A stretch of 64,000 nt of DNA, from positions 5,564 through 69,563 of the forward strand of contig DOTG01000043.1 in assembly GCA_003512955.1 (NCBI GenBank), given 5' to 3'. The notes under the pieces are model-generated. The model saw only the letters and a program-made list of their open reading frames with translations. It was not told the DNA's origin and ran no database searches. The stretch's first letter is position 1, and every line of letters starts with the position of its first letter. The position numbers were made by a program, and so were the translations under genes. Below are positions 19,755 to 29,060 of this stretch, in pieces. The stretch is from Marinilabiliales bacterium. Its GTDB lineage: Bacteria; Bacteroidota; Bacteroidia; Bacteroidales; SZUA-534.

Positions 19755-20372
19755 ATGATACGAAAAGTTGTTCAAACCGTCATTCTCGGGTTCCTAAGTG
19801 TAGGGACCTTATTCAGTCAGCAAAACACAAAAACTACAGATACTTATTATAGATGCTTTGCAGGAAGTTCGGCTTTTTTACTTGGAAATTTATCTTCGAA
19901 TTCACCATCATTTTACCAGTTGAATTTTGGGTACAGAATTACCTCCAAAGATGTAGTTTCGCTAGAAGCAATTACCTGGAAATTTGACGCGCCCTTGGGC
20001 ATCCCGTATGGCCCATCATACGGTGACGAAAGCGAAAACTACCCCGGCAGCATCAGAGAGTATGGCATTGGTGTTGTATATCAGCGCTTTTTATGGAAAG
20101 GTTTATACACCTCGTTACAGGCATTGCCCCTAAAAAGGGTCTATTTTGACGAAAACGATAAAAAGATTCAGAATGGTTTTCAGTTATTTTCGACTTTCCG
20201 GATTGGGTATCATATACCTCTGTATAAAAACAGATTTTTTATTGAACCATCTATTGCCGGGACTTTCTGGCCAATCAGTACAAATGTCCCACAAGCTTTT
20301 GCCGATAAAGATGAGAAATGGAATAAATACTTTCTATTTGAGCCGGGCTTACATTTCGGGGTCAATTTTTAA
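19755..20372 (+). CDS. Hypothetical exported protein, probable small outer-membrane beta-barrel
   Basis: Signal peptide, alternating beta-strand pattern, C-terminal PGLHFGVNF. Confidence 0.7.
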   Translation: MIRKVVQTVILGFLSVGTLFSQQNTKTTDTYYRCFAGSSAFLLGNLSSNSPSFYQLNFGYRITSKDVVSLEAITWKFDAPLGIPYGPSYGDESENYPGSIREYGIGVVYQRFLWKGLYTSLQALPLKRVYFDENDKKIQNGFQLFSTFRIGYHIPLYKNRFFIEPSIAGTFWPISTNVPQAFADKDEKWNKYFLFEPGLHFGVNF

Positions 20373-20606
20373 AAGTCGGTCTATTTGGAATATAAAGTAA
20401 GAAAAAGAATAAAAACCAGTCCATAATCGAGGCCACCCCTTCATAATACTGGCGGGGGAAGTCTCAACCCTACCCCAAATTATTAGTTATTTTACTCCAT
20501 AAGACCTTCTTATTTTGGTTCTGCTTGTTGTTGATTTCATACCAAATTTTCTTCACTGTAAAATATTGGTATTTTTGATACATTGAAATACCTCAAAAAA
20601 ACAGTT

Positions 20607-21989
20607 ATGGAGTGGAGCAAAAAACAGCTATCTATCTTAGCCATCGTGGCCGTTACTTCATTTATAGGGACGTTTCTTATTTCGTCGGTAAATATAGCAT
20701 TGCCTGCCATTGAAAAGAGTTTTTCGCTGGGAGCGGTAACCCTGAGCTGGGTGGTAACCTCCTTTCTGCTGGCTACGGCTATGTTTCTGCTCCCTTCAGG
20801 GCGTTGGGCCGATATATCGGGGGTTCGGCGGATGTTCAAATGGGGTGTGGTTATCTTCACCTTTTCGTCGTTGGCTTGCGGTTTGTCCCCTTCAGGGTTT
20901 TGGCTCATCCTTTTCCGCTTTTTGCAAGGCATAGGCGGCGCATTTTCCAGCACCACCGGGCCGGCTATCCTGGTTTCGGCCTTTTTGCCCCAATACCGGG
21001 GACGGGTTTTAGGTATCTCGGTTTCGGCGGTGTATCTGGGATTGGCCTTTGGCCCCTTTGCCGGTGGGTTGTTTACCCAATACCTGGGCTGGCGCTCCAT
21101 CTTTTATGCATCCACGGTTTTGGGTATTGCCACCACAACCATTGCCTTTCTTTTCTTAGGAAACGACGAACAGCCCACCGCCAAAGGGAAACCGTTCGGT
21201 GCCAGGGGAATCTTCTTTTACATGCTGGGGTTGGTAGTTCTAGTGTACGGGTCGTCACAAATCCCATCTGTATTCGGTTGGTTATTGATGGGCGGGGGCT
21301 TGCTGGCCTTGGTTGTTTTCTGGATGATTGAACGGAAAACGGCCATGCCGGTGATTGAGACCAGACTGTTCACCCAAAACCGCCTGTTTGCCTATTCCAA
21401 TATGGCCGCGTTAATTAACTACAGTGCCACCTTTGCCATCGTTTTTTTGCTGAGTCTGTATCTGCAAAAGATCAGAAGCCTGGCTCCCCGTGATGCCGGA
21501 TTGATTCTGATAGCTCAACCTACTGTGATGGCTATCTTTTCGCCAATTGCCGGCCGCCTGTCCGACCGTGTTCAACCACGATACCTCACCACCCTTGGAA
21601 TGACCATGTGCACCTTGGGTTTAGCAGCTTTTACCTTTCTGTCGATGGCAACCCCTCTTGGAATCATTATTGGCCTGCTGGTTTGGGTGGGATTGGGTTT
21701 TGCCTTTTTCTCGTCGCCCAATATGAATACCATCATGAGTTCGGTAGCCAAAAACCAATATGGCCTGGCTTCGGGTTCGGCAGCCACCATGCGTGTACTT
21801 GGCCAAATCATCAGCATGACCATTGTTACCCTATATTTTGCCGGATTTTTTGGCAAAAGTGCCATCGAATCGGTGCCATCTGATGTGTTCCTATCGGCCA
21901 TGAAGTGGGGTTTTGGGAGTTTTACCCTCATCAGTGCCAGTGGTATCTATTTTTCATTTTACCGTGGAAAAATAGACCGCAATCACTGA
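20607..21989 (+). CDS. MFS drug:H+ antiporter (DHA2-like, about 14 TM)
   Basis: SSVNIALPAI, GRWADISGVRR, FRFLQGIGGA, GRLSDR; start taken at MEWSKK. Confidence 0.9.
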   Translation: MEWSKKQLSILAIVAVTSFIGTFLISSVNIALPAIEKSFSLGAVTLSWVVTSFLLATAMFLLPSGRWADISGVRRMFKWGVVIFTFSSLACGLSPSGFWLILFRFLQGIGGAFSSTTGPAILVSAFLPQYRGRVLGISVSAVYLGLAFGPFAGGLFTQYLGWRSIFYASTVLGIATTTIAFLFLGNDEQPTAKGKPFGARGIFFYMLGLVVLVYGSSQIPSVFGWLLMGGGLLALVVFWMIERKTAMPVIETRLFTQNRLFAYSNMAALINYSATFAIVFLLSLYLQKIRSLAPRDAGLILIAQPTVMAIFSPIAGRLSDRVQPRYLTTLGMTMCTLGLAAFTFLSMATPLGIIIGLLVWVGLGFAFFSSPNMNTIMSSVAKNQYGLASGSAATMRVLGQIISMTIVTLYFAGFFGKSAIESVPSDVFLSAMKWGFGSFTLISASGIYFSFYRGKIDRNH

Positions 21990-22023
21990 ATTCAGCAACG
22001 CACATCTTCTTCAGAACCTAATT

Positions 22024-22090
22024 ATAGTTATTGTCGATAATAACATAAGCATTATTGATTTGATTGATATTGTTTAAGGCTGTACTTTTG
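22024..22090 (+). promoter_or_regulatory. OxyR-like box and sigma-A promoter of dps
   Basis: ATAG-n7-CGAT-n6-ATAA-n7-TGAT (22024-22059) abutting TTTG (22059-22062), a 20-nt spacer, and TACTTTTG (22083-22090). Confidence 0.6.
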
Positions 22091-22126
22091 GTGCATCATT
22101 TAAAAACAATTAAAAACTCTACACAT

Positions 22127-22591
22127 ATGAGAAACATAGGATTAGATACACAGAAAAGCCAGATGATTGCAGCATCGTTAAACGATTTGTTAGCCAACTA
22201 TCAGGTATTTTACATGAATACCCGCGGGTTTCACTGGAACATTAAGGGGGAGAAGTTTTTTGAGTTGCACTTGAAATTCGAAGAACTGTATAACGACCTG
22301 TTGTTAAAGGTGGATGAACTGGCCGAACGGATTCTTACCCTCGGGTTTTCGCCCGTCCATAGTTATTCCGATTATTTGAAACAATCGGAAATTAATGAGC
22401 AAAAAGGGGTGAACCAGGCCAAAGCCACCGTGCAGTCGGTGGTTGATTCATACGAAGTTTTGATCCGCAAACAACGGGTTATTCTAACTTTGGCCAGCGA
22501 AGCCAACGATGAAGGTACCAATGCACTGATGAGCGATTATATCCGGGAACAGGAAAAACTGGTGTGGATGTATTCGGCTTTCCTTGGATAA
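22127..22591 (+). CDS. dps: DNA protection during starvation protein
   Basis: FHWNIKGEKFFELHLKFEELY, VDELAERIL, EQEKLVWM; start at MRNIGL. Confidence 0.96.
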   Translation: MRNIGLDTQKSQMIAASLNDLLANYQVFYMNTRGFHWNIKGEKFFELHLKFEELYNDLLLKVDELAERILTLGFSPVHSYSDYLKQSEINEQKGVNQAKATVQSVVDSYEVLIRKQRVILTLASEANDEGTNALMSDYIREQEKLVWMYSAFLG

Positions 22592-22605
22592 CAGGCATTC
22601 CATTC

Positions 22606-22650
22606 AAAAAGGGGTTATCAGGTTTTAACAAAACCGATAACCCCTTTTTT
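22606..22650. terminator. Bidirectional intrinsic terminator
   Basis: AAAAAGGGGTTATC...GATAACCCCTTTTTT between convergent genes. Confidence 0.85.
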
Positions 22651-22702
22651 ATTTTGAAGCGATGGCTTTTCATTATCCAATAAATGCCGCCCAAAAAGGC
22701 TT

Positions 22703-23425
22703 TTAAAAACTCATGCCAACTACCAGAAACACATCGCCAGCATCCGGATTGGTAATAAACGAGGCTGAAATGGGTAACGAAAAATCCCCGGTTATTTTGA
22801 TTTCCTTTTCGGCTTTCACTCCCAGGTTTACCAAACCGAAACCATCGGAATAATACCCTTCGGCAAAAGTAAGCCCAGCAAAAGGCTGCAAGGAGACACC
22901 TTTGATATCGAACGGATAAGCTACTTCGGCATAGGTTGAATACTCATTATCGCCAGTAATTTCGTCGCGGTCGTTGCCATAGAAAAATAGCCCTGCGGTA
23001 ACTATCAACGGAAAATTCTCAGTTCCCTCCCACGAGGCTGCTAATTCCAAGGCGTGGCCTGTTGTATCCTTTCCCCACTCGAAATATTTTATCTTTTCAT
23101 CAGAATTCTCGACGGGGTTAAAATAATCATTCAGGGTTACCGAAAATGAATTCAGGGAATAGGTAACAAATAAATCCACCTCCTGCGATTCCTCCCGCGA
23201 GAAGGTAAACGAACCCCAAGTACCAACCGTTATGTTTCCAAAACTATAGGCAATAGTAGGTTGAATGGCTGGTGATGATGATAAGGCAAGCCCCCGCCAA
23301 ACATAACGCGAGACCACATCAGCTCCCAATGTTAATGGGCTTGCTTCCGAATCCTTTTGAGCAACGGTTACCATGGGTGAGCCCATCAACAATGCTAAAG
23401 TTAGGAGTGTCCAAAAAAATTTCAT
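22703..23425 (-). CDS. TorF-like putative outer-membrane porin
   Basis: Signal peptide, GADVVSRYVWRG, PAIQP, EVDL, C-terminal VGMSF. Confidence 0.75.
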   Translation of the reverse strand: MKFFWTLLTLALLMGSPMVTVAQKDSEASPLTLGADVVSRYVWRGLALSSSPAIQPTIAYSFGNITVGTWGSFTFSREESQEVDLFVTYSLNSFSVTLNDYFNPVENSDEKIKYFEWGKDTTGHALELAASWEGTENFPLIVTAGLFFYGNDRDEITGDNEYSTYAEVAYPFDIKGVSLQPFAGLTFAEGYYSDGFGLVNLGVKAEKEIKITGDFSLPISASFITNPDAGDVFLVVGMSF

Positions 23426-23526
23426 AAAAGATAGTTTTAAATGATATTATTACTATTGTGATTTGTTCTTTCAATAACACAATTTTAAGAATAATTGCTT
23501 GAATTTTTATTCATGTCCGAAATATT

Positions 23527-23657
23527 CCAGTGTCAACCAACTATAAAAAGTTGGGCAATATTCACCTGGTGACTTTTTGATTATGGCATTGTGCCTTATA
23601 TCCACGCCCGGAGTCACCGGGTGAATTGATGTAAAAGCATGCTTGACTTGACACTAG
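23527..23657. mobile_element. MITE-like element, family B (CTAG-ended), inverted relative to 48816-48938
   Basis: CCAGTGTCAACCAA...TTGACTTGACACTAG ends; reverse complement aligns end to end with 48816-48938. Confidence 0.75.
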
Positions 23658-23784
23658 TCCTTTAGATGCTCTTATCATTCCAAAATATATTTTCTGACAT
23701 CATGAAAAAATAAAAATTAAATATGTGAGCTTTATATCCATTAATGCCCTGTTAACAAAGCTTAAAGCTTGTTGGAAAAAATAT

Positions 23785-23878
23785 TTAACCATCTGGTCAA
23801 ACTTTTTGGTCAAATTATTTGGTTAATTTAAAAAGGCTCCTTATTTTTGTTGACCATTTGGTTAAACCAATTGTTTAA
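23785..23878 (+). promoter_or_regulatory. Promoter of the tetR efflux operon with tandem palindromic operators
   Basis: TTTG (23818-23821), 20 nt, TATTTTTG (23842-23849); palindromes TTAACCATCTGGTCAA (23785-23800) and TTGACCATTTGGTTAA (23850-23865) plus degenerate copies at 13-nt period. Confidence 0.7.
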
Positions 23879-23892
23879 TTCACGAATGCATT

Positions 23893-24519
23893 ATGACAGA
23901 AAAAGAAAAGAACACCGAAGATAGAATTATAGAGGCCGCCAAAGAGATATTTGTTGCCAAAGGGATGGAGGGTGCACGCATGCAGGAAATTGCTGACAGG
24001 GCAGGCATCAATAAATCGCTGCTGCATTATTATTTCCGGAGCAAAGAAAAACTGTTTGACTATATTTTTATTCAGGCTGCCGGAAAAATTGGGGACATGG
24101 TAGGCGAAATAATGACAAAAGAGTACAGTGTGGAAGAAAAGATCCGTTTTTTTACTTTACACTACTCCGAACTTTTACAAAAAAATCCCTTTTTACCCAA
24201 TTTTATCATTAGCGAACTGACCCGTAACCCCGAAATACTGCTTGAACGGTTTAGCCAGGCCAATATTGAACCAAGTAAGTTTTTTGAACCTTTGCGCATG
24301 CAACTTCTGAATGAGGGGTATCACATCTCGCCTCAGGACTTTATTGTCAACCTGCTATCGCTGGTTATTTTCCCTATAGTGGCAAAACCAATCCTTGAAA
24401 ATAAAATATTTGGAGGCGACTCAAAAGCCTATCAGGAATTTATTGATCAACGAAAAGTTTCCATAGCCAATTTTTACCTACATGCGCTCGAAGCTTATAA
24501 AATAACGAATAATCAATAA
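23893..24519 (+). CDS. TetR/AcrR family transcriptional regulator
   Basis: ARMQEIADRAGINKSLLHYYFRSKEKLF helix-turn-helix. Confidence 0.95.
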   Translation: MTEKEKNTEDRIIEAAKEIFVAKGMEGARMQEIADRAGINKSLLHYYFRSKEKLFDYIFIQAAGKIGDMVGEIMTKEYSVEEKIRFFTLHYSELLQKNPFLPNFIISELTRNPEILLERFSQANIEPSKFFEPLRMQLLNEGYHISPQDFIVNLLSLVIFPIVAKPILENKIFGGDSKAYQEFIDQRKVSIANFYLHALEAYKITNNQ

Positions 24520-24520
24520 T

Positions 24521-25879
24521 ATGCTCATTCAAATTATACTTATGATAAACCGTTTTGTGTTTCACCTGCTGAACCATTTACTTGCAGGTGTAAGAACCTT
24601 GATTCAGACAATAACCCTACTGCTCTTTGGTTTGATTGTTTTTTTAGGAATTAACCTCATCAATTCTGGCTTAGTTACTGCTCAAACATCAATCACCTTA
24701 AAAAACTGTTACGATAGTTTAGAGGCCAACTTCCCTTTGGTGAAGCAAAAAGAAAAACTGATGGAGATTACGGAACTTAAAATCAAAAACCTGCAAACCA
24801 ATTACCTGCCCGATATTTATTTAAAGGGAAAAGTCACGTACCAATCAGAAGTAACGGCTATTCCAATACAAATGCCCACTGTTCCAGAGGTTCCAAAAGA
24901 TCAATACAGTGCATTCATCGATGTTACTCAGGTGATTTATGATGGGGGAAACACCCAGGCAGCAAAAAAAGTGACCCAACAAAACCTGAAAGTTGAAATA
25001 CAAAAGGTGGCGGTAGATATTTACAAACTGAAAGAACAAATCAACCAGTTGTACTTTACCTGCCTGATGATTCAGGAAAATGACCAGATATTGCAGTTAA
25101 CCCACCAAACGTTAACAGAGCAAAGAAAAGTTGTTTCAGCAGCCGTTGAGCAAGGGATGATAAATAGCTCTGAATTAGACTACTTAGATGCCGAACGGCT
25201 GAAACTGGAACAACAAATGATAGAACTTGAAACTGGAAAAAGTCAGGCATTGATGGCTCTGTCGGAGCTTACCGGCTTCAATATCCCGCAGGATGCACTG
25301 ATTGAAATCCCGGTTTTTGAACATTCCTTGCCCTCCGAAGTTTTCCGCCCCGAGCATCAGCTTTTTGATGACCAGGTGGCACTTTTGGATGCTACAGTCG
25401 AAGTGACATCGAAAAAACGGATGCCTACGCTGGGAGCGTTTGTAACCGCCGGATACGGAAGGCCCGGTTATGACATGTTCAGCGATAATTTTCACGGCTA
25501 TTACATGGCCGGAGCCCAATTACAGTGGAACATCTGGGATTGGAAACAAACCCAGCGCGAGAAGAACCAGATTCATCTGCAAAAACAACTGATTACCGAT
25601 AACAGGGAAGTTTTTAACAAAAACCTCAATATTGCCAAGTCGCAGAACCTCTTGCAGATTGAAAAACTCAACAAACTGATGGCAAAAGATGCAGAAATTG
25701 TAGAACTACAAAACAGAATCACTGAACGCTCGGCATCGCAACTGGCCAATGGAATTATCACTTCTGCGGAATACCTTCGGCAATTAAACGCCGATAAACA
25801 GGCTCGTGTAAACAAAAAAGTTCATGAAATTCAAAAAACACAAATGCAGGCCGATTACCTTTTCAATATTGGTAAATAA
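24521..25879 (+). CDS. TolC family outer-membrane efflux protein (exact start uncertain)
   Basis: Two OEP-like halves (YLPDI..., MPTLGAF...WNIWDW); position in TetR-HlyD-ABC operon. Confidence 0.9.
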   Translation: MLIQIILMINRFVFHLLNHLLAGVRTLIQTITLLLFGLIVFLGINLINSGLVTAQTSITLKNCYDSLEANFPLVKQKEKLMEITELKIKNLQTNYLPDIYLKGKVTYQSEVTAIPIQMPTVPEVPKDQYSAFIDVTQVIYDGGNTQAAKKVTQQNLKVEIQKVAVDIYKLKEQINQLYFTCLMIQENDQILQLTHQTLTEQRKVVSAAVEQGMINSSELDYLDAERLKLEQQMIELETGKSQALMALSELTGFNIPQDALIEIPVFEHSLPSEVFRPEHQLFDDQVALLDATVEVTSKKRMPTLGAFVTAGYGRPGYDMFSDNFHGYYMAGAQLQWNIWDWKQTQREKNQIHLQKQLITDNREVFNKNLNIAKSQNLLQIEKLNKLMAKDAEIVELQNRITERSASQLANGIITSAEYLRQLNADKQARVNKKVHEIQKTQMQADYLFNIGK

Positions 25880-25927
25880 CTAAATATCACAGGTTTAAAA
25901 TATAAAACTACGATAAAAATTAGGAGT

Positions 25928-26812
25928 ATGAGAACATTCATTTTATTCGCAACCCTTGCCCTTTTATGGGGCTGCCAAAACAGCAACCACACCACCGACG
26001 CTTTCGGAAATTTTGAAGCCGTCGAAATTTTAGTCTCCTCTGAAATGAACGGTAAATTATTATGGCTTCAAATTGAAGAAGGCCAAATGATTGATAAAAA
26101 CCAGGAAGTAGGACTTGTAGATACCATAATACCCTCACTGCAATTGGAAGAAATAAAGGCACAGATTGCCAAAGTTCAGGCCAACTTGCAAAGTATCGAT
26201 GCCCAGACTGAGATTCTCGGTCAGCAGGCAGAAAACCTGAATACCGATAAAAGCCGCATCGAAAACATGATAAAAACCGGCGCTGCTACCCAAAAACAAT
26301 TTGACGACATATCAGGGGCCTTAAAGGTGATTGACAAACAGCGGGATGCCAACCAGTCGCAAAAGGTGGCTGTCTCCAAGGAGCTACAGGTGATAGCTGC
26401 CAAAAAACTCCTGTTGGATGAGCAATTACGGAAATGCCACATCCTAAATCCCATTTCAGGTTCCGTCCTTGAACGTTATGCCGAAGAAGGTGAAATGACC
26501 GCTACCGGAAAGCCGTTGTACAAAATTGCAAAATTAGATACAATCATCCTGCGGGCTTATGTTTCGGGTGGCCAACTGCATCAAGTTATCAAAGGAAACA
26601 CCTGCAAGGTTTTGATTGACAAAGGCAAAAAAGAATATCTCGAATTTGAAGGAACGATTACCTGGATATCGTCACAGGCAGAATTTACGCCCAAAATTAT
26701 CCAAACCAAAGAGGAGCGGGTAAACATGGTGTACGCAATTAAAATCGAGATCCCCAACAATGGGACTATCAAAATTGGCATGCCCGGTGAGGTGAAATTC
26801 CAGAACGATTAA
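25928..26812 (+). CDS. HlyD/YbhG-like membrane fusion lipoprotein
   Basis: Lipobox LWGC, GNFEA, AEFTPKIIQTKEER, KIGMPGEV. Confidence 0.93.
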   Translation: MRTFILFATLALLWGCQNSNHTTDAFGNFEAVEILVSSEMNGKLLWLQIEEGQMIDKNQEVGLVDTIIPSLQLEEIKAQIAKVQANLQSIDAQTEILGQQAENLNTDKSRIENMIKTGAATQKQFDDISGALKVIDKQRDANQSQKVAVSKELQVIAAKKLLLDEQLRKCHILNPISGSVLERYAEEGEMTATGKPLYKIAKLDTIILRAYVSGGQLHQVIKGNTCKVLIDKGKKEYLEFEGTITWISSQAEFTPKIIQTKEERVNMVYAIKIEIPNNGTIKIGMPGEVKFQND

Positions 26813-26821
26813 ATTACATCC

Positions 26822-27751
26822 ATGATTAAAATTCACAACCTGTCGAAAAAGTATGCCGAGGTAGAGGCCATAAAATCCATCAACCTGCAGGTGAAACCCA
26901 ACGAGCTTTTCGGGCTTATTGGCCCTGATGGTGCCGGAAAAACAACGCTCTTCAGGATTTTAACCACTTTACTGATAGCCGATTCGGGCAACGCTGCCCT
27001 CGATGGGCTGGATGTAGTTGCCGATTATAAGAAAATCCGGGAACTGATTGGCTACATGCCCGGTAGGTTCAGCCTTTATCAGGATTTGAGTGTGGAAGAA
27101 AACCTCAGCTTTTTTGCTACTGTTTTCGGTACCACCATTGAAGAAAACTACGATTTGATTGCCGACATCTACAAACAGATTGAGCCGTTTAAAAAACGCC
27201 TGGCCGGGAAACTCTCGGGCGGGATGAAACAAAAACTGGCGCTCTCCTGTGCGCTTATTCACAAGCCCAAAATACTGCTGCTCGATGAACCCACTACTGG
27301 AGTGGATGCCGTATCGCGGATGGAATTTTGGCAGATGCTGAAAAAACTTCAGCAAAAAGGCATCACCATTTTGGTAAGTACTCCTTATATGGACGAGGCC
27401 AGCCTTTGCGACCGCGTGGCTCTTATACAAAACGGCCAAATCCTGACTGTGGATACGCCCAACGGAATCTCAAAAAGCTTTTCAAAACCTCTTTTTGCAG
27501 TAAACGCGAGCAATAAATACCAATTGATAAACGATTTGCGGAACTATGATCTTGCGGCTACCGTGTATCCATTTGGCGAATTTGTACATGTAACTCTTAA
27601 AATCAAAAATCCCGATACCGAACCACTCAAGTCATATTTAATATCGAAAGGAAACAAGGAAATACAGGTAGGAGCCATTGAGGCCACCATCGAAGATTGC
27701 TTTATGGAACTGATGAAGAACGGAGAACGGAGAATGAATATTGAATGTTGA
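26822..27751 (+). CDS. ABC transporter ATP-binding protein (YbhF N-half-like)
   Basis: GPDGAGKTT, LSGGMKQK, LLLDEPTTGVD, STPYMDEA. Confidence 0.95.
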   Translation: MIKIHNLSKKYAEVEAIKSINLQVKPNELFGLIGPDGAGKTTLFRILTTLLIADSGNAALDGLDVVADYKKIRELIGYMPGRFSLYQDLSVEENLSFFATVFGTTIEENYDLIADIYKQIEPFKKRLAGKLSGGMKQKLALSCALIHKPKILLLDEPTTGVDAVSRMEFWQMLKKLQQKGITILVSTPYMDEASLCDRVALIQNGQILTVDTPNGISKSFSKPLFAVNASNKYQLINDLRNYDLAATVYPFGEFVHVTLKIKNPDTEPLKSYLISKGNKEIQVGAIEATIEDCFMELMKNGERRMNIEC

Positions 27752-27919
27752 TTAGTGAATTAAAAATTTCATTGCGGCATTGAGCCTTTGCGGTGAAAGA
27801 ATACCTGAAACCGGATACCTATTTTCAAATTAACCCACTTGTTTATTTGAAAATGGTTACAAGGTGGGAAATCATAAAAAATCATAAGCGATCAGTTAAA
27901 TCAGTGTACCAAATAAAAG

Positions 27920-28687
27920 ATGAACATAAAAAAAGAAAATATTGAAATTTACGTCCGGAACCTGGTAAAAAAATTTGGCAGCTTTGTAGCCAACGACCAC
28001 CTGAACTTTGAGGTTTATAAAGGTGAAATTTTTGGATTCCTGGGAGCCAATGGTGCCGGAAAAACTACGGCCATGCGCATTTTATGCGGCTTATCGCATC
28101 CCACCTCAGGGGAAATTACCGTGGCCGGATATGATGTTTACAAACAAACCGAACTTATTAAAAAGAACATCGGTTACATGAGCCAGAAATTCTCGCTTTA
28201 CGAGGATTTAACTGTGATTGAAAACATGGAACTTTATGGAGGCATTTATGGGATGAGCCGGAAACATATCCGCGAGCGCGCCGGTGAATTGTTGTCGCGT
28301 TTACAAATGGAACATACCCGAAAAGTATTAATTGCCAGTTTACCATTGGGATGGAAGCAAAAACTGGCTTTTTCGGTGGCCATTCTGCATCAGCCCCGGA
28401 TTGTTTTTTTAGATGAACCTACCGGAGGGGTTGACCCAATTACCCGCCGCCAGTTCTGGGATTTGATATACGAAGCAGCCCACGAAGGGATTACTGTTTT
28501 TGTAACTACCCATTATATGGACGAGGCCGAATATTGCGACCGCGTAACCATTATGGTCGATGGGCGCATTGATGCGTTAGACACTCCCGGACTACTCAAA
28601 GAAAGATACCAGGCAGCTAACATGAACGATGTTTTTATTAAAGTAGCCCGGCCCGATTTTCAATTAACAATTAATAATGAACAATGA
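27920..28687 (+). CDS. ABC transporter ATP-binding protein (YbhF C-half-like)
   Basis: GANGAGKTT, LPLGWKQK, FLDEPTGGVD, TTHYMDEA. Confidence 0.95.
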   Translation: MNIKKENIEIYVRNLVKKFGSFVANDHLNFEVYKGEIFGFLGANGAGKTTAMRILCGLSHPTSGEITVAGYDVYKQTELIKKNIGYMSQKFSLYEDLTVIENMELYGGIYGMSRKHIRERAGELLSRLQMEHTRKVLIASLPLGWKQKLAFSVAILHQPRIVFLDEPTGGVDPITRRQFWDLIYEAAHEGITVFVTTHYMDEAEYCDRVTIMVDGRIDALDTPGLLKERYQAANMNDVFIKVARPDFQLTINNEQ

Positions 28688-28691
28688 GTAA
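28657..28691 (+). repeat. Left 7-bp tandem array flanking the four-helix-bundle gene
   Basis: TTTTCAA-TTAACAA-TTAATAA-TGAACAA-TGAGTAA; contains the upstream gene's TGA stop. Confidence 0.8.
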
Positions 28692-28697
28692 TTCTAT

Positions 28698-29051
28698 ATG
28701 AAAGAAAATGTGATTCAACTGAAAACTTTTGAATTTGCTGTCAGGATAGTAAAACTCTATCAATATTTGGTAGAAGAAAAAAAAGAAGGGGTACTTTCAA
28801 AACAAATACTTAGGTATGGTACTTCCATTGGTGCAAATACCGAAGAAGCATTGGGTGGATATTCAAAAAAAGAATTTGCATCGAAAATCGGGATTGCTTA
28901 TAAAGAAGCCCGCGAAACAGATTACTGGCTGCGCTTATTAAAAGAAACCAAATTTATCAGCGGCACAGGATTTAAATCATTATAAACTGATTGCGAGGAA
29001 ATTTTAAAAATTCTATATACAATTATTAAAACATCAAATCAAAATAACTAA
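28698..29051 (+). pseudogene. Four-helix-bundle (23S rRNA IVS protein/TIGR02436-like) gene with an in-frame TAA
   Basis: FAVRIVKL, SKQILRYGTSIGANTEEA, F..K..IAYKEARETDYWLRLL; TAA at 28983-28985 is followed in frame by the expected last helix TDCEEILKILYTIIKTSNQNN*. Confidence 0.88.
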
Positions 29052-29060
29052 AAAACTCGA

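Noticed and set aside
20410-20490. Another attC-like site after the beta-barrel gene (CCAGTCCATAAT...)
   Set aside because: The AAC core is missing and I could not pair a convincing stem with a GTT end.
28698-29051. Diversity-generating retroelement (Avd-like gene)
   Set aside because: There is no reverse transcriptase and no template/variable repeat pair differing at adenines in the window.
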